Under the pieces are notes generated by a model that saw only the letters and a program-made list of their open reading frames with translations, made no database searches and was not told the origin of the DNA. Shown here piece after piece: positions 56,662-64,000 of a DNA stretch of 64,000 nucleotides. Origin of the DNA: a virus; IMG/VR virus record IMGVR_UViG_3300030397_000226, positions 3,330 through 67,329 of that record, one strand, 5' to 3'. A program made the position numbers and the translations under genes. Position 1 is the stretch's first letter, and the number at the start of each line of letters is the position of its first letter.

Positions 56662-57315
56662 ATGTTAAAAGAACTCGTTTTGGGTTTCATTCTCGCGTTG
56701 AGGCCCGCGTGGCACGCCGAAGACTGGGACTTGGAGACAAAGGAGGAAAGAGACGCAAGAAGGGAAATGATTGTTGAGGTGGCTGAGGAAGTATCCTTTG
56801 AGGGCCACACTGACTTTAACCCAGCGGACAATTTGGCACTCACCTTGATTCTGTGGAAGTTCGAAAGCGGAAACTTCGAATACCACGTTCATGGGAAAGG
56901 CGAGAAGTCACCGCTGGGCACACAGGACGGCGGACGTGCTGCCTGCTTGGGTCAGATTCATCGGAATGCGATGAAGGAAGAGGAGTGGCGGAACCTAGCG
57001 GGCCGTTCTCGTGAAGCGACCAAGCGTTGCGCAATTCGTACCCAGGAAATCTTCGCCTACCATGCGCGCCGTTGCAAAATCCGGCACAACATCCCCAAGG
57101 AGCGTAGGTGGAAGACCAAAATGACGAAGTACGAAGCGTGGGTACTCTTCACGGCGTACGGCAGTGGTTTTCGCTGCGACATGCAGAAGTCGAAGAACAT
57201 GATTGACCGAATGACGGCTTACGACAACCTGAGGAAGAAGTTGCCGAACCACGTTCCTGTCAAACATGAGGAAAAAGAAGAAGAAGAGAAGGACACTGAG
57301 ACAGAGAAGTCCTAG
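56662..57315 (+). CDS. Lytic transglycosylase/lysozyme-like protein
   Basis: ILWKFESGNF (catalytic Glu), CLGQIH (GLMQ-like), FTAYGSG (AYNxG-like); hydrophobic N-terminus. Confidence 0.6.
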   Translation: MLKELVLGFILALRPAWHAEDWDLETKEERDARREMIVEVAEEVSFEGHTDFNPADNLALTLILWKFESGNFEYHVHGKGEKSPLGTQDGGRAACLGQIHRNAMKEEEWRNLAGRSREATKRCAIRTQEIFAYHARRCKIRHNIPKERRWKTKMTKYEAWVLFTAYGSGFRCDMQKSKNMIDRMTAYDNLRKKLPNHVPVKHEEKEEEEKDTETEKS

Positions 57316-57317
57316 TG

Positions 57318-57326
57318 TGTTACAAT
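57318..57326 (+). promoter_or_regulatory. Extended -10 promoter
   Basis: TGT-TACAAT just after stop codon, followed by a structured leader. Confidence 0.55.
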
Positions 57327-57405
57327 TGAACGTCGTCAATTAGACGACACGGATGGGCGCTCTCCATTGAGGGCGCTCACTCCACCTAAAGGTGAAGGAG
57401 TAGAA

Positions 57406-57564
57406 ATGGGTAGCTATGTGGTTGTTGCCGAGATTAAGACCGGCAAAGAAGAGAAGCGTTTGGGTCCGTACAGTGAGCGGAAGGCGGAACGTGTCGCTAA
57501 CATCATGATTGAGCAGAGTGTGGACACAGAGAAGTATACGGTGACTGTGGAGGATGCGAAGTGA
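57406..57564 (+). CDS. Small hypothetical protein
   Basis: GGAG SD inside a hairpin; coupled to next GTG. Confidence 0.5.
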   Translation: MGSYVVVAEIKTGKEEKRLGPYSERKAERVANIMIEQSVDTEKYTVTVEDAK

Positions 57565-57794
57565 GTAGAGGAGAGGCTCTCAACTGTCGCAAGTGTGGAA
57601 GAGTCCACCTGCGGATTGTCAGACTGAAACAGAGGACTCCGCGCAACGTTGTGGCGAAGTGGAAGTGCCGTTTCTGTGAGACGTTTAACGCGATTGAGTT
57701 CGTCCCACTGATGGAGGCAGGGAAGGCTTCGGTTGAAGACATGAATGGGTACTTGGAAGAACTAGGAAGGGCGGTAGCAAATGGCCGAGGTTGA
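57561..57794 (+). CDS. Zinc-ribbon protein
   Basis: CRKCG ... WKCRFC. Confidence 0.55.
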   Translation: MSRGEALNCRKCGRVHLRIVRLKQRTPRNVVAKWKCRFCETFNAIEFVPLMEAGKASVEDMNGYLEELGRAVANGRG

Positions 57795-58038
57795 GGTGGT
57801 GAAACTAGACGGAGTAGGTGTTCCGGTCGTCATTACTCGACATGAGGGCGGTGTCCTCATTCTACACTTGTGGGCGGAGATTCAGAGCGCGAACATGCGA
57901 AAGTTCCCTGGAGGTAAGGTGTTGCGTCGAGAGGACGGCAAGGTCATCAAACCTGAGGGGTGGACACCTCCTGACATAGAGAGTGCGGTTAAAAGAGACA
58001 CACTGTGCGCGTGGGCCAGTTACCCAAAGGAGAAGTAG
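57781..58038 (+). CDS. C-terminal fragment of a PRA-PH/MazG-like NTP pyrophosphohydrolase
   Basis: WAEIQSANMRKF.....RREDGKVIKPEGWTPPDI is the family C-terminal motif; the N-terminal catalytic half is absent. Confidence 0.55.
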   Translation: MAEVEVVKLDGVGVPVVITRHEGGVLILHLWAEIQSANMRKFPGGKVLRREDGKVIKPEGWTPPDIESAVKRDTLCAWASYPKEK

Positions 58039-59799
58039 ATGGCTTATCAGACGTTACTTAGTTTCTGGGACAAGGAGAGCGGCTTCGTCCGTGTCTTCGA
58101 AAGCGTTGGCAGCGACACGTTCGAACTCCGAGACTCCAAGGGTCTGGTGCGGATATGTTGCATGTCCCATCACGACATCATCACTTGGCAGCTCTTCGTC
58201 AAAGACGAGACGTGGGGAGAGGACGCGGCGGACCCTCAAGACCTCGACGTCGATGGAGCACTCCTTCAGGCCCATGCGGTGCTCGACACTGATGTGAGCG
58301 TGGCGGAAAAGACGCGAGAGGCTCTCGGTGCTCCTCCTGAGAAGAAGACACTCAAGTTGAGGTCGTCATGATTGTGGAGGCGATTGAAGATGCACTCTTT
58401 TTGTTCGCACTCTGTGCGCCACTGGCAGCGTACATCGTGAAGGTGTTCCTATGAAACGAAGAACAGCACTCCAGTCCATTCTCGCACTCTCTGCCATACC
58501 TGCGGTTCCTCCCGTCATTGGGAAGATGGGACCAATCGGTGAACCAGTGAAGTGTTTGAGTATGGCAGACATCCAAAACGCTGTGCGTCAGCTTGAGGAG
58601 AACAACGTTCCACCATCTCCCGATGGGATGTACACGTTGGTTGTCCCAGGCTCGCTCTATGCGTCTCCTGTGGTGGGTAACTGCCACATCATCCCTTACG
58701 ACTACCCCAACGAAGACTGATGACTTACGAATCACTAGAAGAGATTGAGGTTGACGGAAAGACCTACAGCATTCTGGCACAATGCCAAGGGTGGATGCTG
58801 GTCCGAGACATGGACGGTATGGAACAGTATGTTGGCCCCAAGGACGCTGACCCTGCTGACTGTCCCGTCACCGAACTGATGGAGAGGAGAGGCGAGCGAT
58901 GACAGATGAACAGATAATCCGAGCGGTGATTGGCCTCACCATGTTGGTCGCAGGCTTCGGTCTGGGAGTGACTTATTGTTTCTTTCGATTTGAGCGGCGA
59001 CTCAAAAAGCACTTACCAGAGAAGGAGCATCTCGTGGTTGCTCCGGTGCCTTCTCCTAAGCGGACGTTCTGTCCGAGGTGCGGGAATACAGTTGACCTTA
59101 AAGACTGCGACAAATGCGGATGGAAGCAACCCGATGACGTCCAAGGCTAGTCAACTTGCCTTTAATAAGTCCGACTTCGTAGCGATTAGTGAGGACTTGA
59201 AAGCGCGAGGGAAAAACATCTCACCTCAGCAAGTGGAGGCAGCGTGGCGGCAAATGGTTCGGCACGCACGAAATATGACTCCTGAGCAAGTTGAGGAAAT
59301 GAAGAAACGGGTCGTCGATGACGTAATGAATCGATTGAAAGAGAAAGGAATACTGAAATGAAGGTGCAATCTAAAGTTTTACCAACACCGGCCAACAACG
59401 GTGAACCTGAGTCTACTGTCGAATTGTCTGAACTCTATTCGGGCATGAGCATCAAAACTGAGAATGGCGTGTTCCACGTCTGCGAACGAGATGGTGGGCT
59501 GGAAATCTGCTTCAACGGTGGACGCTGGTATAGGTGGGTGAGTGCGTCTGGTCCTGAGCCTATCCCTTTCGGCGACCACCTACCCAAGGCGGAAGAACCA
59601 GACGGACAAAATGGAGGGTGAGCCTCTCTCCTACAAACGAGGGTTCCGTCGGCTGCATTGGGATAAGCGTGGTCGACGAATAGCGCGGTTCGTAGACGGT
59701 AGCGTGTGGCGAGAGACATGGAACCGTGACCCAACACCATATCGAAGGCGAATTACCTTGGAATGGGAGTGTATTCATCCACCCAAAGAAGTGATATAA
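58039..59799 (+). other. Array of small coupled hypothetical ORFs: 58039-58371, 58368-58454, 58451-58720, 58720-58902, 58899-59150, 59134-59361, 59358-59621, 59611-59799
   Basis: Head-to-tail ATGA/TGATG coupling; 58899 has a TM segment plus CPRC/CDKC. Confidence 0.55.
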
Positions 59800-59800
59800 T
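59792..59800 (+). promoter_or_regulatory. Extended -10 promoter
   Basis: TG-A-TATAAT perfect consensus 22 nt upstream of ATG 59822. Confidence 0.65.
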
Positions 59801-59821
59801 TCAATTAGGAGAACAAAACAG

Positions 59822-60675
59822 ATGTTGCGAGTGAAACACATCATTGCCGCCCTTCAGAAGTGCGACCCCGAGGCCAGGGTGTGGGTGGGTAAGACCAAGA
59901 AGAATAATCGGTTTGACGTACTAGGAGCCAACTGCGTTGTCCCATTCGATGATATGGGTGAACCTCAGGTGCGTATCGTCTTCGATGAGCGGCTTGTTGG
60001 CGGCGAAGCCTCAGGCATGAACGGCCAAGACAATGGGTAGAGGCTGGGGTAATATGCGGCGCCACAAGGCGAACCCGAACTATTCGACAAGTAGGCGTCA
60101 CAAGGACATCACAGTTGGTCCTGCCAAAGTCGAACATAGGATTTACGAGGACGGCCATGGTGAGGTCTGGACCGTCAATCAACGAGGTCAGTCTCTGAAA
60201 ACCAAGTCCTACGGTGAGGCGTGGCAGTTTCGTCCTGGCTCCCTCATTCGGCAGATGTATGAATTCAGGGACGAGTTGAAACGTGGTCGTTAAGTTCTAT
60301 GACAAACTCGCCCCGGTCTTTAAGGGCATCTCGGTTAAAGGCAAGAACGACCGGATTCTGATGGTCGATGGCGTAGTGGTAGCAATCAATGGAGAGAGAA
60401 GAATGAACGGCGATACTGCGAGGAAGATGGATGCGCTGGTCCGCAAGTGCAACGTGCATTTCAGCTTCAAGGCGTACATCCACGACCTGGAGAAAGCGGA
60501 GTGGGGTAATCCGTACTGGGGCGCTCTTTGGGAGGACGGAGTAGGTGACAGTTGTGGGCGTCTTGCGGAAAAACCGGGAATTGAGGAACACAAGTTAGTG
60601 GCTCTCGTCGACAGGGTGTACGATGAGCTGCTCGGTTCCGTACCCGAGGACATTCAATCCAAAGTGAAAGAGTAG
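59822..60675 (+). other. Three small hypothetical ORFs: 59822-60040, 60033-60293, 60283-60675
   Basis: Coupled, co-oriented ORFs. Confidence 0.55.
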
Positions 60676-60678
60676 ATA

Positions 60679-61161
60679 ATGGCATACTACGTTTGTTTGA
60701 TGAAGAAGCCTTCGACCAAGAAGGAGAAGACCAGGATGGTGAAACATGTTGGTCCGATGTCGTTGGCTAAGGCGAAGCCGTTCCAGGATTCAGTCACGTT
60801 CGATGCGGACAAGTTCAGTCTGGTCATCAGGAAAGAAGACCACATTGGCGCGCACGAGTTCTCTGGCAGCAAGGAGACGCAAGACGACCCTGAGATGAAG
60901 CGACCTGCGGCGGTGACGATTACCAAGGGGAGAGGCAAAAAGAAGAAGGTCACTAAGGTAGCCATCCCTAAAAAGCGTGTTCAGAAGAAGCGACGACCGA
61001 AGAAGGTCGACCCAGATGAGGGGCCCCGTGGAAAGGGTGGCGCTCCTGGCGGACAGGTTGGTGACCCACCTCCCGTAGACAAGGACCCTCCTGGTCAGTC
61101 TAAGAAGGCTACCAAAAAGAAGACCACGAAAAAGGCAACCAAGAAGGCGTCGTCGAAGTAA
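60679..61161 (+). CDS. Lys-rich protein with histone-like C-terminus
   Basis: Ends KKATKKKTTKKATKKASSK. Confidence 0.6.
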   Translation: MAYYVCLMKKPSTKKEKTRMVKHVGPMSLAKAKPFQDSVTFDADKFSLVIRKEDHIGAHEFSGSKETQDDPEMKRPAAVTITKGRGKKKKVTKVAIPKKRVQKKRRPKKVDPDEGPRGKGGAPGGQVGDPPPVDKDPPGQSKKATKKKTTKKATKKASSK

Positions 61162-63935
61162 TGGACCCTTGGGAGGAACTACTCAACGAATACGCAGATG
61201 CTCAACGTCTGGGCGACGTTGTGCTGGTAGTATCTGGGAGCCGATTTGGGGGCGTGGCATTGCTCGGTTCCGAAGAGAATCAACTCATTGCGTACCATGT
61301 GATGACAATGGCAGGAGTTCCTCCTGAGCAGAAGAGATGACAAAATGAGCGACGACAATGAGAACAACGTAGTTTCGTTAGACTCAGCCAGGCCACACAT
61401 GCGAGGTCCGGCGAAGTGTTTGAACTGTGACCACGAATGGGAGGCTGTTGACCTCGTTGGTTCTCAGATTCTCGAATGTCCCGAGTGTGGTTTAGACAAA
61501 GGAATCTGGGCAGCTCTCAATCTTCCCAAGGAGGGCGACCTCGTTTGGACGTGTAACGGATGTGATGGAATCTACTTCTTTCGCGTCTCTGGTGAAGGAT
61601 GGATGTGCGCAACCTGCGGTCTGACGCAGGAAGGCGTTCATGACGATTGACAAAATAAAAGGAAACAACATGGAAGACCTAGAAACGAAAAAAGTACCTG
61701 GCGGTAGGGCGGTTGAGCTGAGTGACAACATCGACTTTGCGGTCATTCGATTGGGTAACACATATCGACTCTGCTTCACTGACCGAGACGATGACACGCT
61801 CATCAATGAACCTGACTTGGGTAAGGCTGACTTGTCCAAAGTGTCTCGTTTCATCGAGTACATGAGGACGCTCTGATGCCTAGGGAAGAGTTGTGGGAGT
61901 TCAAGGTACGTCTGGGCGAGGCGTGCGGACATGAAGAGGTCGCTAAGGTTTTGCGAGAGCTGTTCGACCACACCGGGGAGGTAGAGGAGTGCAGCAATGC
62001 TACTTCATTCAACGACTTCGACAAGAACCTGAACATCTGCGTGATGGATAGGGAGTAGCGATGTTTGGTAACCCAAAGCACATCTTCGTCGATTATCCCG
62101 GCATCCTCCGACACAGTGAGTGGCCAAAAGAGTCGTTTCAGAGGAGTCTCGCGAACGTGAAAGAAGTGATGAATCCAAATCCCTGCACTAATGATGGTCC
62201 TTTTGTTGTGGAACACTTCGTTCACGATGAGTGGCATTGTCGTCAGGTCAACTGCGCTATGGGAGGAGAGTTCAACACCAAACTTGCGGAGTTGATGAAG
62301 TTTCAGCCGTATCAACTTGAGATTCTGAAGAGCCGCGACCCGGCCCGCTCGCACTCCTTTTCCCTTCCGCGAGAATTTTTTGGACCATTGAAGGAGTGAC
62401 ACAATGAGTAGCGACTATAAGGACCATAAGGACGCGAAGCCTCTCACTGTGCTGGTGAGCGAAGGACTTCAGGGGGACGTGGTGAAAGACGAACCTCTGA
62501 ACGTCATTGACGACAGGACGGCTGCACAGAAGAGGGAGGCGAACACTGCGTGGAAGTACTACTCGAATCAGCCGTTCCGAATGTTTGCGGACAAGATTCT
62601 GGAATATGCGAGAACCCTTGGGTACAGCGATGACGAATTAGAGCAGGTCTTTGAGGCTGCGCGAGAGAAGCGAAAGCGCGACTCTGAGAACTTTCAGACG
62701 TTCAAACGAGAATGGGGTGCGGATGCGGTCATTGGTGTAGATGAGGGCAAGGGGCCTGATGAGAGCGTCGAGGTGAGACTCTATCCACACAGTTGGAGTA
62801 GGAGCGAACATCACCAAGGGTGGGAATGTAACCGTTGTGGCGAGTTCTTTTCTGAGTTCGATGCTTCAGCAAACGGGATGAGGCCCGAGTTCGGGTGTAA
62901 GGACCACTGATGGCGAAACCGACTTTTGATGAACTTTTGGAGCGAAGCAGTTTGGGTACTCCTGAAGTGAAGGCTGCCCGAGCGAGCGTTTCAGATGAAC
63001 AGGTACAGCGAGTACTGCGAAGAGCGGATGAGTTGAGCGCCGAAAAGAAAGGAAACAATAAGATGGATGTGTGGACAAACGATATTGACTGGTTCGTGGC
63101 TGAGAGCGAGGAGCACGCTCGCAAGATTCAACATGAGATGGGTTGCGAGGACCAAGACGAGGAGTGGAGGAAGGAACCGGACGACCTCGTGCTCAGCTCT
63201 CACTACATTGATGGCTGGTATGCGGGAGGGGAACAGCGTCCCTACCCCAAGTGGGTGGACGACGAGGCTGAGGCGCGTGCTGAGAAGTTCGATGCTGAGG
63301 TGAGTGATGAGGAAGCGACCTACGTTGTGTGGGCTCCCTGTTGGATGTGGGCCAAGTACGAAACGGGTTGTTTCAGGAGTACCGAGATATGAAGTGTAGA
63401 GGGTGTGGAATCTGGTTCGTGGGGATGGAGGCTGAGCGTTGTCGTGAATGTTCGACCGTTCACAGTTTCAAACTCTACTGTGTGGGTGTGCTAATCATTG
63501 CAGTCAATTTGGCAATTGCGACTGCGTTTAAGGTGTGGGGATGAAACGGAACGTGAAACTGAAGAGGCAGCTTCGTAGGAAGGTTGCTGAACACAAGAAG
63601 ACCATCATGTTGTGGAGAGGGACTCACTACGTCTGGGAGCGGTACAGTTCGTTGGCCCGCCATCAGATTCGACATGCGAAACACAGGATTGGGAAACTGG
63701 AAGCGATGGCGTCCAGGTTGTAGGGGACAATATGATTCGATTGTTTTGTAGGCACGACTGGGAAGTGCGAGTGAAAACGAAAGCCTCTCCATTGGAGTCA
63801 ATCAGGGGAGGCGACCCTAGGTTCGTTCGTGAAGCGATTGAGGCGATGAATGGCTCCACGTCTGTGGTCATGACCTGCAAGAAGTGTGGGAAGGTCACAA
63901 CACAGACCCTACCAGGGATAGAGATGACGAAATGA
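61161..63935 (+). other. Array of small hypothetical ORFs: 61161-61340, 61345-61650 (Zn ribbons), 61670-61876, 61876-62058, 62061-62399, 62404-62910, 62910-63392, 63389-63544, 63541-63723, 63732-63935
   Basis: Coupled co-oriented ORFs with SD sequences; several CxxC motifs; a further ORF starts at 63932 and runs off the window. Confidence 0.55.
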
Positions 63936-64000
63936 GTGAACTGAAACCGTCAATGCAGTCTGAGAGAGACACACCTCTGTTGGTGTACCATGGTCGTGAG

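Overview
This window is a 64 kb internal segment of a large contractile-tailed dsDNA phage genome. It is moderately GC-rich and all credible genes lie on the + strand. Order: (1) 1-20.4 kb, tape-measure C-terminus, tube initiator, hub, spike, baseplate wedge, three fibre/spike-like proteins and a holin-like gene, closed by a terminator; (2) 20.5-44 kb, replication/recombination genes (SF2 helicase, initiator, DnaC-like loader, DUF932, DnaB, primase, SSB, PolA, RecA, two Holliday-junction-resolvase-like nucleases, Cas4-like exonuclease, ThyX, DUF1599) plus a SpoVS homologue; (3) 44.8-52.9 kb, M15 endolysin and a 7-deazaguanine DNA-modification set (queD-queE-folE ... dpdA, no queC in the window) that brackets a cluster of histone-H1-like and polyacidic proteins; (4) 53-64 kb, many small hypothetical ORFs with sigma70-like promoters. 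The most unexplained signals are three intergenic hairpins whose pyrimidine loops are complementary to the phage's own AAGGAAACAACA-type ribosome-binding leaders, the histone-like cluster with Lys-rich tags on many DNA enzymes, and apparent near-absence of GATC. All family calls come from motif recognition by eye; no database search was run.
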